From positions 124,001 through 188,000 of the forward strand of contig NC_047074.1 in the NCBI RefSeq assembly GCF_902459465.1: 64,000 bases of DNA, given 5' to 3'. This document shows positions 41,851-53,383 of the stretch, one piece after another. The notes under the pieces were generated by a model. It saw only the letters and a program-made list of their open reading frames with translations, was not told where the DNA came from and searched no databases. A program made the translations under genes and the position numbers. This DNA is from Asterias rubens. Its lineage: Eukaryota. How positions within the stretch are numbered: position 1 is the stretch's first letter; every line of letters begins with the position of its first letter.

Positions 41851-42693
41851 ATGTGCACAGAAATTACAATCCATCCATAGCGTCAGTGCAGTGCAGCAAT
41901 CAGGTTAGTTGTTGGCTACAAACTCTCATGACAAATGAAATTAGCTTGTTTTATCCATTGAATGTGTCAACGACTAGACCCAGTAACATGCATCCATCTG
42001 CAGTGCAAGTCTACCGAGCCAGAAATTCTTTGTGTGCTCGTTTTTGGGTACATGCAAAAAATGAACTACAGTTAGTAGTAGTACTGCTGTTCGTGCACTG
42101 CTGAGGAGTGTCAGTGAGTGATTACCGAATACGATTTTCACTAGATCACAGATCAGCATATAATAATAGCAATGCATTGCATTTACAACTGCACACATGA
42201 CGTAGGCCAACATCGCATGAGTGAATGGTCAAGTCAAGTGGAGAAAAGGCCAAGTCAGTTCATAGAACGAGAAACAGTTTATTTAAAGGCTTGTTTAATC
42301 AGTTTCTCAAATAAAATGTTATGTGTTTGTTTTTGTGTCTAACTATCCTGATTTTTGCATTTTTTTGTCGAAATCCAAAAGGTTCAACTGCATCACATTT
42401 CACATTGGGTCTACTTGTGTACATTTTCATTCAGAAATTGTTTTGTTTATTCCTGAATTTTGATATAAAAACAAATGGCACATGACCTTTTGACTGGCGT
42501 AACAATTCCTCTTTGAAATCTGCCGAAGTTGTTGTCATGCCTCTTCTTCTTCCTTCTTAATGGCTTGAACCTCATCATAGTTCTAGGAGTAGGGGTAATA
42601 TGATGATGATTGATTCAACCTATCTATTCAGTTGCTTTATAATTATTCTCTTTGTTTTAGATTTTGCGTGTGAAAACACAGACTTAAGTCATC

Positions 42694-42845
42694 ATGGCAA
42701 ACAGGATGCCCTCGATCATCCAAGATGCTGCAACCATGACAACAAAGTCAACCTCCAACTCCGAACAAGAGTTCCAGCTCATCTCACCAGATGAAGCTAT
42801 GAAGATGCAAATGGAGCAAATACAAGAACTTCCTTCTGGCAAGAG
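42694..42845 (+). CDS. TMEM126A: TMEM126 (mitochondrial complex I assembly factor), coding exon 1
   Basis: Acceptor TTTGTTTTAG at 42660, ATCATGG start, MANRMPS...QIQELPSGK, donor AG|GTAACA in phase 2. Confidence 0.8.
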
Positions 42846-43154
42846 GTAACATTATCTTGTCAACTCAATAAAACAAGGTTTTTAAACTTGGTAAAAAACC
42901 TTGTTTTAAATAAGTAGTGACACCATGCCAAAATTACTTTTGTGAGTAGTGGTGGCTCTGTTGAGAATAGCCAGTTTTGTTGTTTGCTCGATGTTAAGAT
43001 CAGTGTAGTTGACAGTCTCCTTGTTTTAACCAACAAAGGTTATAATAGCTTACTAAACAAAATATGTTTAGATGTAAGAAAACCCATTTATATTTTGCTG
43101 TATGACCTGTTAAAAACAATTTGTTTAATACATTTATCATGTTATGTTGTCTAG

Positions 43155-43408
43155 GTGGCCGTTTGACATGGGACCCCTTATGCTGTCGGTCAATGCAGGC
43201 CTTGTAGGCGTCATCAGTAACTCCTTCTTCAGACGGATGTTGATGGTCCGTAAAGGTCTCTTCCTCACCAGTCTTCCTATGGCCATAATGCCTGCTCTGA
43301 TTATGACCCCAGCATGGTCAGAGTTGATCTCAAAACCCATTCTACTTGGAAATATGAAATGTGAGATTTGTGCCGACATCAGAGGAGGATTGATAAACTT
43401 TGCTCTCG
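43155..43408 (+). CDS. TMEM126A: TMEM126 coding exon 2
   Basis: NAGLVGVISNSFFRRML, LPMAIMP and CEICADIRGGL match recalled human TMEM126A NAALCGLIANSLFRRIL, LPMAGIP and CETCTITRSGL. AG/GT borders in frame. Confidence 0.92.
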
Positions 43409-43790
43409 GTGAGAATAACAAAAGTTGATTTTCATATTCTAAAGGGGCAGATCTGCTTCGGTTTTAATAAGCGACTTGTCCTAAATATGTTGTTTGAGAT
43501 TATTTGGTCCTTGTTTATCCAAATTACCAGTCAGAACAGATCAAATAAATACAATTCAAAATACCGCTAACCCTAACCAATTACAAATTTCAGAGATGGG
43601 ATCTTGTTAGGCAAAGTAGAAGAAGTTTATGTGATAGAAATATGCTTAAAGTTGCAAAAGAAACATTTCATAAGTTGTCTAGTTGTGCACCTTGTAAGGG
43701 TTTAAAAATATTTCCATGCTGGGGCTGTCCCTTTAGGGTTTGATTCAATGTTTATCTCCTTTGACAATTTTGATTATTTTTGTTTCACAG

Positions 43791-44050
43791 GAGCTGTGTA
43801 TCCATTTTTCCTGGCAGGTCCTCTCAGTGCTGCTCTTGCTAAACGCTATGATACGGTCAAAATTCCTAAACTAAGCCTCAAGAAGTCGGACCAAAGGACA
43901 TTGTTTAATTTCTGGTCAGGCAAGGTGCGGTACTTCAAAACACAATTTATTGCAATAACAATCTTCCAGACCTGTTTTGGGATGTACGTTGCAGGCTCGC
44001 AGATTGCACTAATGAGGAATGGACTGAAAAAGAAATTAGAGAAGCTGTGA
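43791..44050 (+). CDS. TMEM126A: TMEM126 last coding exon
   Basis: Acceptor TTTCACAG. GAVYPFFLAGPLSAALAKRY matches GLYPVFLAIPVNGGLAARY. TGA at 44048-44050; spliced product 221 aa. Confidence 0.92.
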
Positions 44051-44372
44051 AACCTCAATTGACTGATAAATGTGGAATAAAATCCAGGAAACTCATTTAA
44101 AAGAACTGGAGCTGTGAAAACTTTCACATGAACACACTGTTAAATGTAGATTTCATTCTTCAAAAACAGAAAACTGGATCAAGAGAACAGGAGCTGTGAA
44201 AACTTTCACATCAACACGCTATTAAATGTGGATTTAATTCTTCAAAAACAGAAAACTGGATCAAGAGAACAGGAGCTGTGAAAACTTTCACATCAACACG
44301 CTGTTAAATTTGGATTTCATTCTTCTGAACTGAAAACTGGATCAAGAGAACTGAGGCTGTGAAAACTTTCAC
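44044..44372 (+). repeat. 82-bp minisatellite in the TMEM126 3' UTR
   Basis: GCTGTGAAAACTTTCACA at 44111, 44193, 44275 and 44356; degenerate first unit at the stop codon. Confidence 0.92.
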
Positions 44373-45417
44373 AACTTTTCTGGTTATTTTGAATGAGTAA
44401 ACATGTACAAAACTGTACATTATTTTAAATGTTTGATTTTAATCACTACTTTGATAAAAGGGATACTTGTAATAAGTCTTAGCATGATGAAAAAAATAAA
44501 CAAATTATGTCAAAATAATGAAAAATTTAAGGAAGAGGATGGCCTTTTTATAGTGAATACAACCTATGCAGTAGGAGGAATTGCACCATCTTGATCAAGG
44601 GTCATGGTGGATATTCATTCTACAGGGGTTTACTGGGTTATCATGTACACTAGCCTGGTTTACATTGTCTAGTAAGAATTGTTGTTGGTTAGTAAATAAC
44701 ACTTCTCAGTTTGCAATGTGGGCTACAAAAACAAATGTACAACATACTTGGTTAAAATGCTCAGATTTCATCTTTTCGGATGTGAATAATAAACTTATAA
44801 AATTTGTTATTTTAGTTGTTGAGTGTGGATATGTTACTTCCTTTAACATTTAAACTGGGTGAGATAGCTACCATTAGTACATCAGAAAGATACATTTATG
44901 ACAATACATGTTTACAATCAGGGCTGCTAAACCTTCCATGGGGCTTCTTTAACAAATAAAATACAGCACAAGGCCTGGGTTTGTGGTATCGCAAGGAAAA
45001 CATCTCCTAAAAGTTGTAACCAACTGAGTTTTTCATCAATGTTTTCCTGGTATTTTTTTCGAAATGCTACTAGTTAAGTTACCATTTTGTTCACTTTAGT
45101 AGACTTATTTACTGTGGCACTTTTTGTTGTATTCGACATGGAGGTCGTTCGACAAGAGTATTGGTGCCTTCAACAAAGACCACTCGATATTGGTGAAGAG
45201 GCTAATGCAAAAGTGTAACCAAACTACATAGCGCCCTCTTGTGTCAAATATGGAACCTTTTGAAACAACCGCCGAAACTATTAAAAACTGCCACATTATT
45301 TTTTCACAGGATACAGGAGTGCAGAGATCCGTGTGCCAAGGACACTAAGGTTATTTAAAGAGGTTGACATTCTGAACTTGAGCTGTGGTTAAACAAGTCA
45401 GGGTTGACCAATGCCTG

Positions 45418-45785
45418 TTAAAGATGCTATGTCAGATTTTTGGCCGATTTGACCCCAAAATTTTGATTTAAAATTCAAAAGGTATTTTGATGGGGGTCAA
45501 GAAAGTTACAAGCTTTCATTTGAGCCATTGCTCGAAAAAGTCCGCCAATTATTAGTAGAAGTGAAATAAAGTGCTCAAAATTCGTTTTTGTCGGGATCCC
45601 GACAATATATCACGTGACCAATTCTTATGTGTTTTATAAGAAACGTTTTAAATTTTTGTCATGGTTCGACCATTAAAAGTAAAAGTTGTTTTCGTTAGAG
45701 CGGGTGATACTCTTTGAAATACCATTCACTCAAAAAAGTCTATTTGTTAATGTTTGGGGCCAAAAATCTGACATAGCATCTTTAA
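45418..45785. mobile_element. TTAA-flanked MITE (Kolobok/T2-like termini)
   Basis: Perfect 24-bp TIR AGATGCTATGTCAGATTTTTGGCC / GGCCAAAAATCTGACATAGCATCT, each bounded by TTAA. Confidence 0.93.
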
Positions 45786-47166
45786 ATGTTGACAATTCAA
45801 CTTTATTAAGAACTGCAAAAGTAATCAAAGATTGTGCTAGCTGGTGGTGAAGGTCCGAGCGTGCACAATTAATGTTCCATGACGATGTCTTCACGACACT
45901 GATGGTTAAACGAATTGTAGTTTCAAACAAAACATAAAACCTAACTCCTGTAATTAAAACAAAAAATACTGTTGTGACCATACCCTAGAGAACCTATCGG
46001 CGAATAAAGCGTTAAAAAGGGTGATTAACCGTCGATGGGTTTTCAAAATACAATTTTTTCAGGGTATCTTCTATGATATGGGTAATAAAATTCGTTGCTC
46101 CTGTTTCCCCTTAGCGCTTTAAACTTCTCATCTTCGTCTTTGGAGACGATTGTCGTCGTGGTATATTCCCCATAACGAACGCAAACTAATCCAGATGTAA
46201 ACACAAACACTGAAATCAATAGCAAAACTTCAAAAAGGCGCGTGTCCTTGCACTTATGGCCTCGTTTTGGTCTAGGAAACGGACACATCCAACCAAAATA
46301 CAACCCGACCAGTCAGTTCAGTGCCATTGTTATATATCCGTCAATAGACCTACTCTCAATTCAAGGCAAAAGGGCGAGCTTCTTTGTCCGTCTATTGACC
46401 TTCACTTCGATGGTACTCATATAACTTTAACTGAATAAGGGATCGAAACTCGCATTGGAGTGCTATATTGACAGGGGCGCTTTTGATTGTTTGAATCAAA
46501 TAATTCGTTATAGTGTGGGAGTGAAACTGTGCAAGGATTTTCCTTTCATGCAGTTAGGGTGGATTTCAAAGACGTATTTAGTGCATTAGTTTCCTTCATG
46601 CTCAGCTTACGTCGGGATGAAGCCGCGCCCAAGTGACGTGTCGGCGATGTACAAGTAATAATTAACCCAGTTAAAAACTGTTGAGTGACGGGTTTCACTT
46701 TCATTGTTTGTTCACAATAATACTGTTTGCCATTTCATGATAGTATTTCTTCACACATAGCGGCACACACAATTGTTACCCCTAAGCCAAGCGTGTAAAG
46801 CATACGGAGATATGTTCGGAACATTGTTGTTGGAGTAAAGAGTATAGGCACCAATTCTTGTAAATGAAGACAATGGATGAATGCGGCACAGACTAAACTT
46901 GAACTGGATGTGGATCATTGACTCTGACGGACAATAAACATGACTTCACAGTACAATACGACCTTGCATTAACTTGGATTTGCATAAAGGTGAGAATTTA
47001 GTGACGTATTTTCTGCCATTTACATGAAAATACCACAGGATGTACCACCAGCTACAATCGTTTATAAGTAGTCGCACCTGAAACCATACAGTCGGTACCT
47101 CACTGATGAACTCATCACAACACTGGTTGAATACGTTGACACTACTCTCCATACGTTCTCTCAGCA

Positions 47167-47536
47167 ATGAGTAGCCTTGTTGAAAGCACCTTAGCTACCA
47201 TTGCAACCTCCTCCAGCAATGCACAAGCTTTTCTGATATTTCTCTTGGTTGTCCTGGCAGTGCGACATTGGTGTCATAACCCGTACACTATTCCTCCTGG
47301 TCCCGCTGGCTGGCCGGTAGTTGGCTACGCACTCCAACTCAAAGATTCACCTCTGCACCTCGCCTTCACCTCTCTAGCCAAGCAATACGGGAAGCTGTTC
47401 ACTCTGTATCTCGGTAGATCTCTTATCTTGGTTCTTAATGATGCGGTTTCTATACAAGAGGCGCTTGTCAAACAGGCAGATGCATTCTCAGAGAGGAAAG
47501 TACCTGAGACAGTGAGACTGACGTTCCCGTCAAAAG
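47167..47536 (+). CDS. Cytochrome P450, clan 2, exon 1
   Basis: N-terminal membrane anchor, PPGPAGWPVVG hinge, LVLNDAVSIQEALVKQADAFSER; donor G|GTGAGT. Confidence 0.93.
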
Positions 47537-48209
47537 GTGAGTCTGACCCCCCCCCCCCCCCCCCAATGTTTTAGTCTGTAGAACTATGATATCTTTTACG
47601 ACACTCCCAGTTCTTCCATCACCCTAAAAACCAAGAATGTTAGTGTTGGGTCTCTTGCCCCAATGCGAAAATCACCCTTATATTATCACGCAAGCAAAAC
47701 ATGACTCGTGTGCAAACAAACAAAACGAATGGTTTTTATCCGATAGTCAAGAGTCAGGCAAACATTGGAAAAAAACAGAACAATATTGTTTGCACACAAT
47801 CTTTCCGGCGGAGGGAAAGTCCTCTTTTATCTGTTAGAAGTCAAGGCAAACTTGGTTAAGGTCATGGCCACCAGTCTTTCCTTGTTCAAGAGTGAGTCAG
47901 CTTTGAGAGCTGAGGTTTGAGTACCATGTCAATGTGCATTATTTGTACCCACTGACACCAGTGTAAGTTACTAATATACAGGGATACAAAATCTTCAAGG
48001 TTCTTGGATTCTCCATGAATGAAAATCAAAGAACTTCTCATCGGTTACTAACAGTACAGTAACACGATCATAATCACTTCACAAGATATCAGTAAGACTC
48101 ATCTTCTTTATTTATAAGATAAGACACTCTTAACGAAGAACGGCCAAGACTCTTCTTAAACATATTAAATCATCTATATTGTGTAAAATATTCTAATAAT
48201 CATATATAG

Positions 48210-48388
48210 GGAGCATACTGTACGACACTGGTGATAACTGGCGTGCCGTACGGCGGTTCACTGTGGGTGCCATGAGAACTTTCGGAGTAGGGAAGATGAG
48301 CATCTCGCTCCGTATCAATGAGGAAGTTCGGATTCTTTGTGATTGCTTTGAGCAGTACAAGGAAACGCCCTTCAATCCACGCATGCCG
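48210..48388 (+). CDS. Cytochrome P450 exon 2
   Basis: WxxxR motif (WRAVRRF) and MRTFGVGK typical of clan 2; borders ATATAG| and |GTAAGG in frame. Confidence 0.92.
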
Positions 48389-48505
48389 GTAAGGTTGTCT
48401 TACATTTATCTCTTAAAGACAAATCTTGTCCCTGTCAGAATCCAATATAATAGTTTATGTGTGAAAATAAAAAAGGGGAATGTCGTCCAGCACTATTGTA
48501 TATTA

Positions 48506-48650
48506 TGAACGCGACGTCAAGTTTTCCCCTGAAGACATGGATATATACAGTTCGAAACGTCGCGTTGAGACCACACCGGCCCTGTTCAGAGCCTTTACTC
48601 ACACAAAAGAGATTGAACACACTTTTGTACCGGCAAGTTTACTATTTTAG
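48506..48650 (+). mobile_element. Short retroposon with hammerhead-like core, copy B (P450 intron 2)
   Basis: AACGCGACGTC (48508-48518), CTGAAGA (48529-48535), GAAACGTCGCGTT (48554-48566), then family tail. 3' limit approximate. Confidence 0.72.
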
Positions 48651-48738
48651 TAACTTCATCAGCTTTCTGAAATAATATTATGAGTCACGTGATAATTTGA
48701 TTATTGTATAATCCAGTTTTCAATTCAATACTCTGCAG

Positions 48739-48951
48739 CTGTCTAGTGCAGTATCCAACGTGATCTGCCAGATGTCATTCGGTCATCGATTCGATTATGA
48801 CAACAAGAACTTCGTCATGCTTCAAGAGAACCTGAGAAAGAGGATGATGATCGGACGCACAAGCCTCGTCAATTACTTCCCTCTATTGTTTTATACTCCT
48901 TTGTATAAAGAACTCAGAGAACTGGATGCTGCACGCAGAAAACACATGCAG
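48739..48951 (+). CDS. Cytochrome P450 exon 3
   Basis: AVSNVICQMSFGHRFDY; borders CTGCAG| and CAG|GTTGGA, phase 0. Confidence 0.92.
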
Positions 48952-49077
48952 GTTGGAATTTTGTCAAAGTCAGGGCGAAAATAACGCAAATACTTCACTT
49001 TAACTTTTTTTTTACAATTCGTATAATAAACCAAGCAGATATACTTATGGCGTTACCGCAAACCAAATAATTATTGG

Positions 49078-49210
49078 TACCTCACCATAAGTCATATAAA
49101 CCAATGCATTTATTCAACTTGGTATCTTCTGAACTTGACAGGCTACCTCACCATAAGTCATAATAAACCAATGCATTTATTCAACTTGGTATCTTCTGAA
49201 CTTGACAGGC
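49078..49210 (+). repeat. 66/67-bp tandem duplication containing the P450 exon-4 acceptor
   Basis: TACCTCACCATAAGTCAT...GAACTTGACAGGC occurs twice. Confidence 0.95.
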
Positions 49211-49430
49211 TATTGTTAAAGAGCATCAGTCTACGTTTGACCCTGAAAATATCAGGGATATGATTGACCTGTTCTTCAAGGAAGTTCGTGAGAGTTCAAA
49301 GTGTCCATTTATTGAGGAGAATGTCGAAAGGTTGCTCCATGATCTGTTTGGTGCAGGCACTGATACGTCAGCTAACATGTTGGCATGGTTACTGCTCATC
49401 ATGACACAGTACCCAGATGTTCAGCTAAAG
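49209..49430 (+). CDS. Cytochrome P450 exon 4
   Basis: FDPENIRDMID and I-helix DLFGAGTDTS; donor AAG|GTAGGC. Confidence 0.93.
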
Positions 49431-49651
49431 GTAGGCGTGGTTATAGGATTGGAGGCTTGGGCCGAAGGAGGTGCGGGTGTGACAACATCGATTCGAATTT
49501 AGCATAATCGTTTTGGGCTAGGCCTACCATACAAAATAATCATAAATCGCATCAACAATTCTCTGTTCATTATCAGAATAGGGGAGCCAACAAACATGCA
49601 ATAAGATTAATGTCGGCATATTTGTTAATGTCCATGATGTTTCTAAATCAG

Positions 49652-49985
49652 ATCCAAGAGGAGTTGGAACACGTGATCGGTTGCGGACGTCAACCAACAT
49701 GGTGTGATCGCTGTGACCTACCGTATTGCCATGCCGTCATGTTAGAGGTGTTCCGATTCAGACCAGCAGGACCACTAGCCGTGCCTCATCTCGCCACATA
49801 TAATACTAAGTTAATGGGTTATGATATTCCTAAGGGAACCACGGTACTCGTTAACATCTATGCGGCCCATTTCGATCCGGATTACTGGGATAACCCAGAG
49901 CTGTTCCGACCGGAGCGGTTTTTGTCGAAAGACGGGAAGGAGGTTGTGAAGCCGACGCACGGATCATATCTCCCGTTTGGAATAG
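49652..49985 (+). CDS. Cytochrome P450 exon 5
   Basis: ExxR (EVFR), PKGTTVLVN, FRPERF; donor G|GTATAC. Confidence 0.95.
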
Positions 49986-50320
49986 GTATACTTCATTCAA
50001 AAATCTTAATGGAACTTCCATTCGGATTTTTGCAGTTATACATTTCAGTGTCAGAGTAAACATGTTTTATACGAAAATGGCAAACGATTATTGCATGTGA
50101 ATTAAGTTTTCTACCGTTCGAACAGTAATCACACGTGGGGTGGTAGGTGCTTTTGACATTGAACATTAGTGTGAAAGAAAACATTCCAGCAGTTCATTTT
50201 ACGGTGTTGTCCAATACCGGCGAGCTTATGGGATGAGGACGTATATAAGGGAAGTTACGAGTAGCACAAATTAATTGTCTAGATATTAATTGTTTTCCAC
50301 TTTGCCCTTTTTGTATGCAG

Positions 50321-50526
50321 GCCCCAGATCGTGTCCTGGAGAACAGCTAGCTCGCATGGAATTGTTCCTGTTCATGACAAACCTAATGCAGAGGTTTACT
50401 TTCCAACAACCAGATAACGACCCGAAACCGGACATGGAAGGCGTTTTCAGCGTGACCCTCTCACCTAAACCATTCCGTGTCTGTGCGATTCCCAGGCACG
50501 CACATACAGCTTCCAAAACGACCTAG
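50321..50526 (+). CDS. Cytochrome P450 exon 6
   Basis: Completes heme signature FGIGPRSCPG; TAG stop. Six exons sum to 1524 nt, 507 aa. Confidence 0.95.
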
Positions 50527-51712
50527 CCCTGTGGTCTTTCACTTTCGTATTGTTTTATATTATGTGTACAGCGCAGAGGATAATAAGTGTGGCCTTAGCC
50601 CTTTAAGGATTTCACTCAAACCCACGCATTATGCAGATTTCACCTGGTGATCAACGTTATTGACTTGAGTGCACTGCCTTTACTCAGACAAAAAAGGGTA
50701 TTTTCCCCACATTATGACGGGGAAAATAGACTCACAGAATGTTTTGCAGACTGTTCACCGGGATCGGTACCAATTTGGTCATTGGTTTTTGTTTTCTTGG
50801 CTTGGATTGAGCAGTTCTACATCAATGAATCCACATTTACTAAAATAAATTCACATACGCATCAGTTTGTGTAGCAACTGGTTATAAATACATCAAACAT
50901 ATAGTTTTTTACTCTTTTGAATTAGGTAGGTAATTAATCGGTGAACAATGAGAAATTTGTGTGATGGTTCGATAGTTCTGTTTGCTTGCTCTGGTATCCA
51001 AAAAAGGGTATGATTAATATAAAAGTAAACAAACGTTAACAATGGAAATTAAACAATAGTTTGACCATAAGTCATTTTTTGGTAATTTAATAAGCTAGTT
51101 TTCTTTGTGCTATCAGTTTGTTTTATTATAGCCCAGATTTACAAAAAGTTCCCCTGTACCCAAACTTTACTTGTTACCAGTGTTTCACCTTAGTCCTCCC
51201 ATATCTGCATTACCATCAAACATTTATACAAATTTTGTATAAATGTAATACTTTTTGCATAACGGACGTGTACTGTCCAAGAACCTGAAATAATAGACAA
51301 CCTCGACTCAGCAGACGAGCTGAGTTGAAGTGCGCCCTCCTGTGACATAACATCACTTTGATTAAAAGTCTGGTTCCTACTTCCATGCAACGAGTTTAGA
51401 GTATATCCGTCTGGTGCACTGTCATTCTGATGTAGACTGGCACTTCCTGAAAACAACCGCTGTCATACAAAGAGTAGTGTGTTTACTATTTAGTCTTGCA
51501 TCTCAACTAAACTTCGCGAATAAAAATTCCTTCAAGCTGATTTGGGTAAGAAAATATCATTTGCCACATTATAAGATATAGAGGAAAACTGGAACGCTTT
51601 GCACTTGGAATCCGTACTTATTTCATTGACACTGGATGAAACAAAGTGAATTTACTTTCAAAAAAGTGTCGGGCAAGTTGGACTTGATAATTTAATGCTT
51701 GTTTGTTTGTTG

Positions 51713-51862
51713 NNNNNNNNNNNNNNNNNNNNNNNNNNNNNNNNNNNNNNNNNNNNNNNNNNNNNNNNNNNNNNNNNNNNNNNNNNNNNNNNNNNNNNNN
51801 NNNNNNNNNNNNNNNNNNNNNNNNNNNNNNNNNNNNNNNNNNNNNNNNNNNNNNNNNNNNNN
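51713..51862. other. Assembly gap (150 N)
   Basis: Run of N. Confidence 1.
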
Positions 51863-52030
51863 AATGTTGGGCTTCAAACAAAACAACAATTGGGTAAAAT
51901 CAGCAGGGTAGGCATGGGTAGGAGTTAGGCGATCTGGGCCCCATCATTGGCACAGAATAAAAATTAGAGTGAAGATCAAACTTTGTTCTTATTATATTTT
52001 GTCAATTTGTACCTTTACAGTCATGACACC

Positions 52031-53383
52031 ATGGATCAGCTCATTGACAATGACATTGAAACAGATGACTCAGCCAAGGAGAAACCATATACCTGTGACG
52101 ATTGTGGTAAAAGCTACCTCAATCGGAGTAGTTTAAGGAGACATCAAAAGGACCATTTATCTGGTGACAATCTCATCTCAAATGACATTAAAACAGAAAC
52201 CCATATTTGTGAGGATTGTGGCAAAAGTTACTCCAATGTCGGCAATTTAAGAAGACATCAAATTCTTCATTCTGGTGTGAGACGTTTTGTTTGTGACACC
52301 TGCGGGAAAGACTTTGCTGTGAAAGGAAGCCTGAAACAGCATCTGTTGGTTCACTCTAAGGAAAAACCTTTCAAATGTGACACTTGCAACAAATCTTACG
52401 TACGAAAAGTAGACTTGAAACTTCATCAGACGATTCATTCTGGTGAAAGACCATTTGCTTGCAAAGTTTGTGCAAAATCGTTTGTGCGAAAGAAAACCTT
52501 AAAGCAACATGAATTACTCCATGTGGAAAGACCATTTGTGTGCGACACTTGTGGGAAATTCTTCTCGTCAGTAGATCAGCTGCAAAGCCATGAGCTCATC
52601 CACACTGACGATACAAAGTCCTTCAGTTGTGAGATTTGTCACAAGTCTTTTGCTGAGATGTACAATCTAACCTTACACAAGACTGTACACTCCGGTGAAA
52701 AACAATTCTCTTGTGACATCTGTGGGAAATGCTTCACACAGAAACGAACCCTTCGTCGACATGAAATTATGCATACTGACTATAGGCCATTCAGTTGTGA
52801 TGTTTGTGGTAAAGCATTTGCTTTTAATGCTCAATTAAAAAATCATCAAGCCTACCATACTGGAGAGAATCTTTTAAGCTGTGAAATTTGCGGTAAACTC
52901 TTCACAAAACCTTCTAGTTTGAAAAAACATCAGATAGTTCATACTGGTGATAAGCCATTTGCTTGCCCCGTCTGTAGCAAAGCCTTCGGAAGTAAAGGGA
53001 ATCTTAAAGAGCATCTATCAATCCATAACGGTGAGAAACCCCATGTATGTGCTATATGTGGGAAGGGTTTCTCAAGAGGGACTAAACTAAGGGAGCATCA
53101 GACAGTTCATACAGGGCAGAAGTTATTTGTTTGTGGGACGTGTGGGAAATCCTTTACACTTCGAGGCCACCTTAGACGTCATCAGACCTCAGCTCACACT
53201 AATGATCGGCAGTTTGCTTGTAAAATGTGTGGTAAATGTTTTGCTACAAGTAGCAATCTAACAGAGCATCAGAAAATTCATGATTCAACACTGGATAAAT
53301 GCCAGTTGTTTGATAAATTTGTAGCAAACATGTCTTCCAAAGAAACAAGTTCAGGCCTGTATACTTTGTTTTTGAAAGAGTAA
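52031..53383 (+). CDS. C2H2 zinc-finger protein, 14 fingers, 450 aa
   Basis: Repeated CxxC-x12-HxxxH with TGEKP-like linkers. Acceptor CCTTTACAG at 52020, first in-frame ATG at 52031 (the ORF-track start lies in the intron). Likely non-coding exon ending TGG|GTAAGA at 51545. Confidence 0.9.
   Translation: MDQLIDNDIETDDSAKEKPYTCDDCGKSYLNRSSLRRHQKDHLSGDNLISNDIKTETHICEDCGKSYSNVGNLRRHQILHSGVRRFVCDTCGKDFAVKGSLKQHLLVHSKEKPFKCDTCNKSYVRKVDLKLHQTIHSGERPFACKVCAKSFVRKKTLKQHELLHVERPFVCDTCGKFFSSVDQLQSHELIHTDDTKSFSCEICHKSFAEMYNLTLHKTVHSGEKQFSCDICGKCFTQKRTLRRHEIMHTDYRPFSCDVCGKAFAFNAQLKNHQAYHTGENLLSCEICGKLFTKPSSLKKHQIVHTGDKPFACPVCSKAFGSKGNLKEHLSIHNGEKPHVCAICGKGFSRGTKLREHQTVHTGQKLFVCGTCGKSFTLRGHLRRHQTSAHTNDRQFACKMCGKCFATSSNLTEHQKIHDSTLDKCQLFDKFVANMSSKETSSGLYTLFLKE

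Noticed and set aside
43137-43421. 94-aa minus-strand ORF
   Set aside because: Antisense shadow of TMEM126 exon 2; the same applies to 43846-44127, 52247-52438, 55447-55662 and 61756-62031.
47103-47138. CTGATGA...GAATACGTTG just upstream of the P450 start
   Set aside because: Stem II does not pair and GAAA is interrupted; cannot be told from chance.
51618-51928. ORFs containing X runs
   Set aside because: Artefacts of the N gap.
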